From Bilabrum cf. latius (lineage: Eukaryota), in assembly GCA_965178125.1 (NCBI GenBank), contig OZ237761.1, forward strand, positions 682,001 to 746,000: a DNA stretch of 64,000 nucleotides, read 5' to 3'. The notes beneath the pieces were generated by a model. That model was not told the DNA's origin, did no database searches, and saw only the letters and a list, made by a program, of their open reading frames with translations. The translations under genes were made by a program, and so were the position numbers. Position 1 is the first letter of the stretch; each line of letters starts with the position of its first letter. This document shows positions 51,701 through 63,000 of this stretch, in pieces.

Positions 51701-51907
51701 ATCTTGCTGGAGTGCGAAAACAGAATTCGAACGGCTCGGGACACTTGTCGCGCCTCCATGGTCACTTGAGCCGCTTCTCTCGCTAGTCTAGCCAAGCACA
51801 GTAGTTGATTGTGTAGGTTTTCGGCCTGGACTGCAACTAAGGGCTCCATGGATAAATGTCACGGCGCACAGCAAGTGAAGCGCTCCGGTGGCTCGTCGGC
51901 ATACCAT
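48758..51907 (-). CDS. Second M8 leishmanolysin-like paralog with HEXXH changed to HHLLH; type I membrane, ~1049 aa, 3 in-frame TAG
   Basis: Signal [20 protein letters not shown] propeptide, [53 protein letters not shown] (identical to paralog), PT stalk and TM. TAGs at 51788, 49373 and 48863. Ends TGA. Confidence 0.88.
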
Positions 51908-52875
51908 ATCGCTCTGTCGCCCTAAATATTTATTAAATACGGTCTGCGCACAAACAACTTCAACAATCATGCAAATATACTCTAGTTTCAATGCGATATA
52001 ACCCATAAAGTCTCTTATACTAGTGTAGGGATGGCTAGAGTATGATCAGAAAAAACGTCGGTGGAAGCACCAAGGCAATCCCACAAGATATCTACAGCTA
52101 TCTGCCTCGGCTCCGGACTGCTTGCCAAACAAATACAATGTTGATATGCACGCATGCCACCTTCCAGTCTCACTGTTGCGCGGGTGACCGAGCGACGGCG
52201 GAAACGCCGATAGGTTCAATGTTCCGCCAACTTGCCGCTTGTTGTTGCTGTATTGTGTCGGCGGAACCGTTCTGCCCGTGTCTGCCCGTTTCTGCCGGTT
52301 ACTGCCAGTCTTTGCCAGTCTTTGCCAGCCAGAACGAATACTGCATTCACTCGCGACACGCCGCGGGGCTTTTTCCTTTCCGTTTCTTTTGCGCGGCGCC
52401 TAGTATCCGGAGCTATTTGGCCAAGTCAGAGCCGCGTTGCGCAAAACGCAAAGCGTTTCTAGCGTAAAATTTCGGTCTAGCAATTTTTCGTGCATTATAT
52501 TCGTGGTTTGCGCAGGTTTGAGAAGCGTCATCGAAACGATGTCGACCTATTGCGCGTGCTACAGTGTTGTGTTAGAAATTCGTTGGTATTATCCAGTCTC
52601 AATCCGGATACGCTACTGATACCAAAGAAATTACCCAGTCTCCGCCCCTCTGCTGAACGCAAAGAGGGTATGCGCGTTACCGCAAAGCAATCCATTGGCT
52701 TGGTCGTACCTTCCCAGTTGCGACCGCCAGCGTTCCCGCCAGCGGAACCCAACGAAACGATCCCGCGCTCCCACTCTGACGTCAACATCGAACCCCATAC
52801 GGCGTTAGCACAGACACACCGCTGGTGGCAGCGCAATCAGCGGCCCCTATTCGGTAGCGTGGCTGACGACACCCG

Positions 52876-55800
52876 TCATTGCGCCCCTTCCGTATCCTTG
52901 ACCCCGCTGCTCTGCACCGAGTCAAGCGGCAGAATGGAGACCATCGGATGCCCCGCCGCCCTCCGCCGGTGCGCTGCCGCCATGGCCCGCCTGGCTTTCT
53001 CCCTCACGCGCTGCTCCTCGTCCTCGCCTCTGCCCGCACCCCATGCCATGGCCCGCGAGCCCGACTGCCTCTGAGCCCCTGTCCGCCTTCCCGCGTCTGC
53101 ACACTCATCGTCATTTCCCTCCTCCTCCTCTTCCTCCGCTGCCGAGTGCATCGGACCCAGGAGTCCCACACCAGCGACAGATGAAGAGCCCATCAAATCA
53201 TCCTCCCCATCTTCGAATTCGTACCCATCTGCAAGAGCGTCTCGCGGCGTCTCTCCGTTCCAAACACGGCTGGAGGCCTTGTCCCGCGCGCGGGCGACCT
53301 CACCGGGCACGTCACGACCAGGACGCAGAAGTCCGGTGCGCCGACTGTCTTCGCTGGAGCCCAAGCCCCCTTCGGATCGGGAGTATCCAGAGGAGGAGTA
53401 GCCGCTGCGGCTTGGAATAGAGCCGGAGGGTGCCAGCGCAGGTTGGAGCTGCCCGCGCTCCATGGAGCTGCCCTGCTGCAATTGTTGCTGTTGGTCCGAG
53501 GGCCGTGGCAAGCTAGTAGTTTTGTAGGATGATGCGGATGAGTCAGTAGATGATCGGGTGGATCGCGCCACCACACGACGGTCCATCACGACCTCTTCTT
53601 CTTCTTCCTCTCCCTCTCCCTCGCCCAGCAATTCCCCCCTGTGCTACTCTCCTGCATCCTGCACAACGAAACCATCGTCCACTGCTGCAATGCCATCCAC
53701 GCCAATTGCCGTATTCATGTTTGGCCTGTGCAATTGGCTGCCCCTGCTTTTTGTCTGCTCTCGTGTCCCACTCCATGAACGGTCGCTGGATGCCCCGCCA
53801 TGCGCGCTCACTGCCGCGGCTCCCTCATTGCCACTGCCAGCAGCGATGACGACTGACTGCTTGTGCTGATGCTAGGGTCTGCTTGCAACAGTGACAGCAC
53901 GGCCATCGGCATCACTGCCATTTCCACGCTTTCTTTGATCCCTGGGATGCATATGTTCCCTGGCCACCTCGATCGAGTCGTGCAGTCCGAGCAGCATGCG
54001 GCGGGCGGGTCTATCACTAGAGTTCACGGGCGTCCCGCGAGAGTGCTTCTGCGGCTGCAACGGCCCCAAAATATTCCCCTTGCCTCCCATCGCACTGCCC
54101 CAGCTCGCTACGGTGGCTTCCTTGGCTGGGAGCGAAGCAGTTGTGGTGGAGCGCGTGGAGGACGAGGAGGGGGGCACGCCGCCGCCCCGGTTCCCTCGCC
54201 GAGGCTGGTGCAGGGCGTGGGCAGGGCCCCCCGTGCGATGGGTGGATGAATGATGCGAGGGCGGGAGGACCTATCCAGGGAACAGTCCGCCCTCGAGAAC
54301 GTCTCCGCTGAAGCCGTGGGTAATCCCAGAAAAATCGCGAGCCTCGCCCAATTCGTCCGACTCGTCGTCCTACTTATCTTCCTCGGGGCTTGTGTCAGCG
54401 TGACTTCCACGGGTATGTCTGAGGTCTTGTACGCGATCTTGACTGAGTTGAACCGCGCGATCATGGCTAATGTCTTGATCAGTCGCTCCAGGGAGCACAG
54501 ATGGATGCTCTCGGTGATTGACCGACCGTGCCATGCCTGCCTCCAGTGACGCTGCCATCGGACCACTGGGCGAACCGTCCACGGCTCCCTAGCCATCGTC
54601 GTACGAATAGGATCGGTCCAGTCCAGCGGTAATCGTCTTGACCACTTGTGAATCCTACTTCGCTTGCACAAGGCCCGAGCGAGACCGGGACACTCCGGAT
54701 GGGTGGGCAGCCACTGCCACTGGCACAGGTGCTTCCGGCCCACATTCAACGCCTGCATTCCCACGACTATTGGCGCTTCCTCGCGTGAGCTCGCCACCAC
54801 TGTGCCTCTCACTTATTCGCTCGTGGGCAGCTGCCGTGTCAGTTGACCGTGACTGGGACCGCACCGGCTGGCGGGAACTGCCGGTGGCAGAGTTTAAGCG
54901 CCTCTGAGCGTCGCCCACGGCCTTTGGGTTGCTCAGCGGCATACCCCCGCTATCCGAAGTGCGAGTAGAAGCAGATTGTCTCTTATTAAGCTTTTCACTG
55001 GCCTCCTCCTTCATGCGACTGATCGCCGCAAGGTGCTCCTGCAGCGTGCCTGCTCCAGCACCCTTGCCGCTGCTGTTGCTTCTGTCCTCGCTGTCTACCT
55101 CCAGCGCACGTGCCCCCGATTCATCAGCAAACAAGTCTGCTTCGATGCTGCCGGTCCATGCAATCTTACGGCCACTGTGCACGTCGGACCGCATCACCCC
55201 CTAGCTGGCTGCCCCAAGCGGAGAGTGACGGCAGCTGCCGCCACTGTACACAGCGCCTGATCGAGCTGAACCGCCCGCCGCCGCGCTGCGGACAGTGTCC
55301 GCTGATCTCGCGCTGAGACCCTCCAATCGACCCACGGATTGCGACGTTACGACAGCCTTCCGGCTCGCACTGAGTTTATTTCCCCCAAGAGCGCTGTCCT
55401 TGGTGTTCATGCGCGAGTCCAGTCCATCCTGCGGGCACCCGATGTGTGCTGCTGTGCCACGCCCCGAGCGAGAGTCACCATTGGTCCCATTTTCTCTTCC
55501 TTCCGCACTATCATCACTCTGGTAGCCTAGCGGGGTCACGGCTGATAGCTTGCCCGCGCGTAACCCATGTACTGCCTTGGATTCTTCCTACTCTTCGTTT
55601 TCATCGCTCGTGCAGTGCACGCACAGCCCAATCCCAAGCAGCACAAGTACTACTACCGCCGCGATTGACACTCCCACCGTCAGCCACATGGAAGTACCAT
55701 CATCCAGCCCGTCCGTCTCTACGTCTTGCCTGCCGACGCCTTCTCCGTCGTCATCGCTAGTTGGCCCCGGTGTCACCACCTAGCCGCTGGGATCCAGCAC

Positions 55801-58800
55801 CAGCGAAGCAACAACAACTTCTCGCAAGAAGGTTCCAGTCCTGCTGGTGCTAGCCAAACCTCCTGATGATGTCACGAGCTAATTAGCACCAGCCTGCAGC
55901 GCGGTACCATTCGTCAGCTGCCTGGAGATCGCCTCCTGCAGTGCACTTGCAACGCCGAACGGGTTACCTGCGTCTGTACCCGGCTGGACGGCCCCTCCCA
56001 ACGGACCGCCAAGAGGGCCATCAACGCCTCCGCTCGAGGTTGGCAGCCCGGTCGCTACCCGCACCTCTATGGCAAACTGCACAATCGCCCCCACTGCTGG
56101 ATCAGACGCGCCGGTCTGATTTCCGCTGCTCTGCATCAGGCGGTTTCCTGCAGCAGTGCCGTCAGCGACTTGTCCAGACCCAGCTGTTGCAGCAGAGGCA
56201 AGCGCTGGGGTGCCTGCAATGACAATGGCTCCAGTCTAGTAGCTCTTGCGGCCCCCATACCAGACTATCCCCTGGCTAGGACTGGTGCCGGTCGCTCGCA
56301 GGCCGAGGATCGCCAGGAGAGCTCGACCACAGGCGATCTGGATCACCCTGGAAGCAGTCACGTTAGAGATGATGCCGCCTAGAGACAGCACATCGCTGCT
56401 GAGCTGTAGATCCAGCGATCCAGTCGCGTTCGCCCGTGCCACTCGCACCGTTCCTGTGGTAGGGGCAGGGGTAGAGGTAGAGCTGGCGGAGGGCACCGCC
56501 GGGCTTTGGGACGGTGATTCGTTCAGTGATTCGTCCACCGCCTGGGGTACGGACGGCGTTGCAGATGGCGACACGGACACTGAGGGGCTTGGGGTCGGGG
56601 TATGACTGGAACTCGGGGTCGGGCTGGGGCACGTGTATGTGGCAGTCTGCACCTTGATCCATGCAAGAGAGCCAGTTGCGTTGCGCGGAAGCCCGGTGGC
56701 CGTCGGTTCGAGCGGCGCACCAATTGCGATACTCATGCTCTATTCATGCGGTGACGACATGATGAGCCCATGGATCACACCCACAGAGGCACCAAGAACG
56801 TAGGGATCTACCGAGCCGGATTGTGCGCCCTCCTGCTAGCCCTCGGGGGGGCATGCCGGTGCGGACTGAAGCCCCAACTAGGCTACTCTGAGTCGCAGCA
56901 CGCGAGGCTCAGTGCGCATGTACCCTGCACGAGTCAGCAGCAGGACATAAACTGCCGGTGATACGCCCAACGAAGGGCTCCCTCGGCCGCTGATGGCAAT
57001 CGCTGCACGGGTACTGCCGTCGATGCTGCCCAGCCTGGCAATCGCAGTACCGAGGCCTTGCCCGTACGGGACGAGTCCAGACAACTTCGTGCCGGGCACA
57101 TCCGCGTACCTAAACCTGCTGTCAATGGTCACTCGGCCGCTGGTAGAAACATTCAAATGGAGGAGGAAGCAGGCCCCGCGAGCCGCCGCCTCGGAGGGCC
57201 GCACGTAGCTTGGCACGCCCAATATCACGCGGGCGAGTGTGTCCTGCTAATGCTCACGAATCTCAGGGATCGCCACTATTGAATCAACCGCGAACCCTTG
57301 ATCGTGCGCACTGTGAGTCCTGAAGTGGCCACTGTCATTGAGGGAGTCCACGTCCAGTGACTGAACCATGCCAACCGTGCCGCTGCCATTCACCCACACG
57401 ATCCAGAGATGGTCCCTCTGGTGGAACGGACACTCAGACGCGACCTATGAAACACACCCACGACTCCGCGCGGTCACAAGCACCTCCATCTCCCCGTCCC
57501 CATCCACGTCGGCAGTGCCGACTGTCTTCCCGAACTACACCGGCGAGCCGTCTTCTACCAAGCCTGCATCGGCCAGAGCGGTCATGTTTCCCATGCTGCC
57601 CCTCAAGCTGTGGCAACCGCTGGCTGATCCATTGCGAAGCAGAGGCACCAGCAGCACATCTCCTGCATCTTCTCTGGAAGCATTCAAGACCCCTGGTATC
57701 CCAATCACAAGCGTACTTACGAGCGCACCCGCACTATCAGATGAATTGGACTGAACTCCACCGTCAGTGGCTCCAATGTAGGCAAGACTGGCTCCGGCTG
57801 TGGCACCATAGCGCAGCAGGGGGGCAGCGCAGTCGGCCCATTCGGCCACACCCGTCCCCGCCCGTGCCCTTGCTTCCTCCACAACATCTACATGCCGAGA
57901 CACGGTACCATGTCTATCGAGGAAGAGGACATGCACGGCGCCAGCAGAGCACGTGCGATTGCCGGCGCGACAAGGTGCACCCACCGCGAGCTCAAGCTCT
58001 CTGCCATCCGCATCCAGGTCACCCAGCGGCACCACGGTGCTGCCAAATGCACCCCGATCATAGCCTCTGCGATGGACCTGAGTGCCAGTCAGCGCATTGT
58101 GCAACACAGGAGCAGGTGCAGCCACCTCACGCAGCGAATCGTTCCGACCGTTCGTGGAAGCACACACACGCACTGCTGACAGCAGCGTCCCGATATCAGC
58201 TAGATCGACGCAGTCCAGAGGACGAGGGGAGCTTGAGATCGAGGGGCTGGACGACACCGCCACTGGTGAGGATGATGGGCTGGATGACACCGTCGCCGCT
58301 GGTGAGGTAGATGGGCTAGACGATATCGCCGATGTTGGGGTCGATGTTGTGGACGGCGAGGGCGAGTGTGTCGATATCCCCCCATCCGCCGACCCACTGC
58401 CACCACATGTCCAATTGAGCGTGCCCTGCAGTACGACAGACCCCCCTTGCTTCGTGTTGCCAACCGCCGTATCCTTCAGGTCCGGAATACCCACCGCAAG
58501 GCGCACTGGCTGGGACTGTGGGAGGCAGGTGCCACTCATGCTGCTGCTGCTGAGGCCGTTTGCGCCGTTAGTCGAGCTTGACCCGTTGAAGCTAGACAGG
58601 AACTCGATGTTCGAGGCTAAAGCGGCCCCGAAGCCCTCAGCAGAGGAGGGAAAGTCCGGGTGGGTGTCGCACTCGTCGCAGGCGTTGGGCAGGAGCTGGC
58701 TCGAGCTACTTGCAGATCCGTCTGAGTTCAATTGAACCAGCCACACGGTGCCATCCCCTGCATCGGGCTGGCCCACTGCCAGCACCCTGCTCACCCCGCT

Positions 58801-59982
58801 TGAGTTCCGTGCCCCGGCTCGGGGCAATCCATGCAGGAACGGGGATAGCGCATATCCGAATTGCACCGAGGAGCTCGCCCCTGGGACCATAGAGCCGTTG
58901 AGCACGGCCGCACCAGCTAGCCCCGTATGGCACGTCCTATTGGCTCCGAGTTCCCCATCGGTGTGCACCCCACATCCTGGATTCCTCCGCAGCACCGCCA
59001 CCGCCCCCGCAGCCCCACCGCTCGCCCCGCCAGCATCCTCTGCAGTCACCTTCAGGCCCACCGCCAGGTCGCTGAGACTGTCACCGTCTAGGTCGCCCAC
59101 CCACGCTACAGACAGTCCAAAAGCGCCCACATTTGCGTCAGCAGGCCAGCCAAGTACTCCCGCGATGCTGCCCGCCACACCGGCCAAAGGGGTGATCAGC
59201 TGCCAGCGGAGCACCCGAGGCTCTCGGGAGAGAGAAATCAGAAACACCGCCCCTTTGCTTTCACCAGAGGCCAGCGACGCGCGGTAGTCAGGAGCACCCA
59301 CTGCAATAATTGAAGCGCAGTCTGGTCCACAGTCCATGGTTCGGTTTGCCGAGAGACTTGCGGGCAGGGCGGCAACCGAGGCCCCAAATTGTGTCACGTC
59401 GTTTACCACATCTGCGAGCCCATCAAACCCCAACATTCCTTGCGCTAGCACATCTTGCTGTTGAGGTACTCCACCAGAATCGACTTCGATGAGATATATC
59501 GCGCCGTCAATACCTGGGAGGTATAAGCCGTGGCTATCCGCGCCAACTGCAACTGTTATTCGCCCTGATACCCCTCGCAGGTGGCCAAGGCCAGCCAAAC
59601 TGGACCCCCCATTAAAATTAAAAGGAATTGTTGCGCTTGCTGAGCCTGAATGCGTAGACAAGACGGAATGTCCGAGCAAAGCACCATCCCGCTTGGTGCG
59701 CAGCAACCAAGAGCGGCGTAACCCTGGAGAGATCGCAGAGACAGCAAAGTCTGCGGTCCCAGATTCGTCAACGTCCCCTATAAATGCAATTGCACGGTTC
59801 GGCTTCAGGGTCGTGTACCACTAGTCCACTCTATTCGCACTGTCAGAATTTGCGAATACCTCGAAGCTTTCCGGAAAGGACAGTGTTGCATTTCTGGCGT
59901 TAAGATCAAACGCAGAACCCAAGGCATACCCTATTATTCCAAAGTATGCAAGAATGAGCATGACATATCGCAGCAATCGCAT
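52876..59982 (-). CDS. FG-GAP (integrin-alpha-like) repeat type I membrane protein, ~2370 aa, with long disordered cytoplasmic tail; ~18 in-frame TAG
   Basis: Signal MRLLRYVMLILAYFGIIGYALG. Repeats such as FGxSV..GDLDGD..DLAVG and AVGAP; S/P/T stalks; TM WLTVGVSIAAVVVLVLLGIGLC near 55620-55690. One frame with only TAG interruptions to TGA at 52876. Confidence 0.85.
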
Positions 59983-60093
59983 TGAGGGTGCACTGTTCAA
60001 GTGTGGAAGTTTGCGATGAAGTCTGAGCAGCTATTGGTCGCAAAAAACGAGGACCCGCACGTGCCGCGTAATGAGCACACATTCAGCGTTCCA

Positions 60094-63000
60094 TCAATAT
60101 GCGCCAAGCTCGACCCCGCCACCGCCACCTCTTCCCCTTCCTCGTCCTCTCCCCCTGCCTCTCCCCCGGTGCCACCCTTTCACCCGCTCCTTCCAGGCCG
60201 CCTGCTGCGCTCGGTAGGCGATCTGCCGGTGCCTCCCCCTCTCGTTCCGCTGCCTCCTTCTCGCCGCCTCGAGATCTTCCTGCTCCGCGATCGCCATCAA
60301 CCGCCGGGCCCGCATCGCAGCTGCCTGTGCCTCGGCCTCCAGCCGATGCGCCTCCCCAGCATGCTCCGCCGCCAGCCGGCCGCGCACAGCCACGGCGGCC
60401 ACACCCTCGCCCCCTACACCGTGCTGCTGCACTGCACTGTGCGCCGCCCGCAGCGCCTGCACCGCCGCCTGACGAGTGGCCTCGTGGCTCACCGACGCCT
60501 CCGCCGCTCGCCTCCGCAGTGTGTGCCCCACATCGTGCCCCACAAGGCGGTGAAGGGAGGACCGGGCCACTAGCGAGCCCGTCACGGGCACCCACAGCTG
60601 GGCGGCCCTGCGGAGAGCATCCAGCGGCGACTCGGGCTCGCCTTCAGGGGACTCTAGGATCAATGACTGTGCCGCGACTGCGGCTGTCCTGCCCCCCGCG
60701 GGCCCCAGCAGCAGCTGCATGCACTCGAATGCCGCCCGAGGGGCGCTCGCCGCCCCCCCTAGAGTGGTGCAGCAGTGCACGATGCCTTGCAGCACACCGG
60801 GCGTGCGGAGCAGCGTCACCCGGCGGGCTCGGGCCTGCACTGCAATGGAATGCACCAGTCGGAGGGCCCCATCTCGCGCGAGCATCCTGGCGCGGGCCAG
60901 CTCGCCCCCAGTAGGCTCGGTGTCTGTGGCACTAGGTCCCTGTGGCACTTGGTCTCGGCTCGGCTCTGCGCCGACTCCTGCTCCTGCCCGCCCGATCTGA
61001 TTCACGTTCACGCTAGCCGAGGGCTCTTTCTCCCCGCGTGTCCCGCTGGCGCCGAGCCCCTTGGCCAGATCGATGGATGCCCCCGCGATGGTGAGGAAAG
61101 GAGCGGGCTGACCCGCAGGCTGGTACGGGAACCTTGACTGCACCAACCCAGAGCCGGAGCCAGAGCCAGAGCCCGTGGTAGCCCCAGCCGCTGCCCGTCT
61201 TCCTTCGGCAAAGTCCGTGCCCTTCATACTGTCTCTGCCATTCGAACCTTTCTGCAAGGCCCAGGGGTTGGTGGGATCCAGCGAGAGAGACAGCGAGTGC
61301 GCCTGCGAGTCACCACCGGGAGGCACGCTGTCACCTCTGAACGCGTGGCGGGTGCCCTTGAGGCGAAGCACCTCCTGCATCCCGCGCCTCACCTCGGCGG
61401 CGTGCTGCAATGCATTCTCTTCATCCCCATCTTCCTCGCCGTCGCCATCACCCTCGCCCTCGTCATCATCCACAAGCACTGCATCCTCGTCGACACCCCC
61501 GTCGCCTTCCCCTGCATCCACCAGCCCCCCAGCGAGTGGTGGGATCTCGTCCTCGTCCTCATCCCCCAACCCCCCCTCCCCCTCACCGGCCCCTTCTCCC
61601 AGGCCCCCGCCCCCGCCCTGCTCCATCGGAACCGAGCTCTGGCCCTGCCCACCGACGCTCGATGCACCCCTGTCTCCACCCGCCCAAGCAGCTCCATCGC
61701 CCGATGGGCCCTGCTCATCCAACCCAACACCACCTTCCCCTTGCACCTCGGGTAGCAGCATAGGGACGTCACCGGGCAGCGTTCCTGGGTGGCCTCTCGT
61801 GTCGGCTGCAGGGTCCGAGAGGAGAGAGAAAGAAGGCATCGGGTGCGCAGACTGCGAGGACGAGGAGACGGCACCGTGCGCCCCTGTCCCTACCCCTGCC
61901 TCTCCCTCTGCCCCGTCGTGCGGCCACTGGATATCCTCCATCCCCGGGCACTGCTTACGCATGAGCCGGCCCAGCACCGCGAGCAGCTGCTGCGATGCAG
62001 ACAGCTGCACGACACCGGCCAGGCTCGCGTTCTGACGGACCGCGCTGGCAACAATATCCGCAACCAGATAAAACTCGGCCTGCGCACTGACGTCATCCTC
62101 CCGCCTCCCATCCCGCTCCAGCGCGCCCAGCAGGAGAGGCACCACGTCTCCGAGACACTGCCTGTAGAAGCCCGCGAGAGGCTCGAAGGAGGCAGACCTC
62201 GCCACCGGACCCATGGCGTGGCGAGTACCGGTCACCAGTGCCGCAGCGTAAGACTCGCCCGTGAAATCCGCGACTGCCAGCAGAGGGGCAACCGTCTCCA
62301 TCGCTAGCACTCGCAGGTCTCGGTCCCGCGCCAGCAGAAACCGGCTCACGCTCCGGATGAGGCGGGGACACTGCGCCGCCACCGCCGCGTTCTTGGGTGC
62401 CCTGTCGTCGTAGAGCGCCGACCTGAGCGCAGAGAGCATCGCCCTAGACACCACGCCGTGCACCCCGAGGGCGGCACCTGCACCCATCCATGTCCCTGTC
62501 GCCATACTCGTCCCCGTCCCTGTCTCTGGTTCTACCGGCAGCTGCGCCGCACCGTCCTGATGAAGTGAAGAGCTTCCATCGTGCAAGCCGGGCTGGGCAG
62601 CACAGGAGGCCAAGCCAACGGCACTGAGGAGATCGTGACCCGCCGCAGCTCCCTCTGATGTCAGTTCCGGCCTGGCTGCGTATGCTTCCGTGTGTCCGAG
62701 CCACCGCATGCTGTTGGATCCAGGCACGCCCTCGCTGATTGGGTCGTCAAGGCCCAGCACCGGTGCTAGATCTGTGGAACTACCGTCACCGGTTACCCGC
62801 CGACGCTTGCGGCCTGCTCCTGGGGACCCAAGCACACCCCCAGCCCCGGCTCGGTCAGACAGGGTCCACCCCGCCCGGGCCCGGTCCACCACTGAGGCGC
62901 CCGTCAGGGCCGCCTCACGGTCGGATTCGGAGCCGTCCGGTGCCCCTGCCTCCACCGCCACTCCCAGCAGATCCGCCAGCTCGCCCCAGGGAACAGTGCA

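Noticed and set aside
51908-52875. Possible small gene (FEKRHRN after an AG acceptor, reminiscent of uS17) in the lower-GC spacer
   Set aside because: The similarity does not extend beyond a few residues and I could not build a coherent exon model; left unannotated.
89-59982. Mass pseudogenisation or RIP-like C>T mutation as the cause of internal stops
   Set aside because: Random decay or CpA>TpA mutation would also create in-frame TAA (from CAA), TGA and frameshifts. Only TAG is seen, catalytic motifs of housekeeping genes are intact, and no gene ends at TAG.
89-59982. A-to-I editing of UAG to Trp, or pyrrolysine/programmed readthrough
   Set aside because: TAG positions match Gln/polar sites rather than Trp. 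They occur up to ~37 times per gene, even in tandem (15098/15101, 11405/11408), and share no evident downstream context. U-to-C editing cannot be excluded without RNA data.
89-59982. Motif-specific basecalling error (e.g. CCWGG) producing TAG
   Set aside because: The bases flanking the TAG codons vary widely, with no fixed motif. It is unlikely but should still be checked against raw reads.
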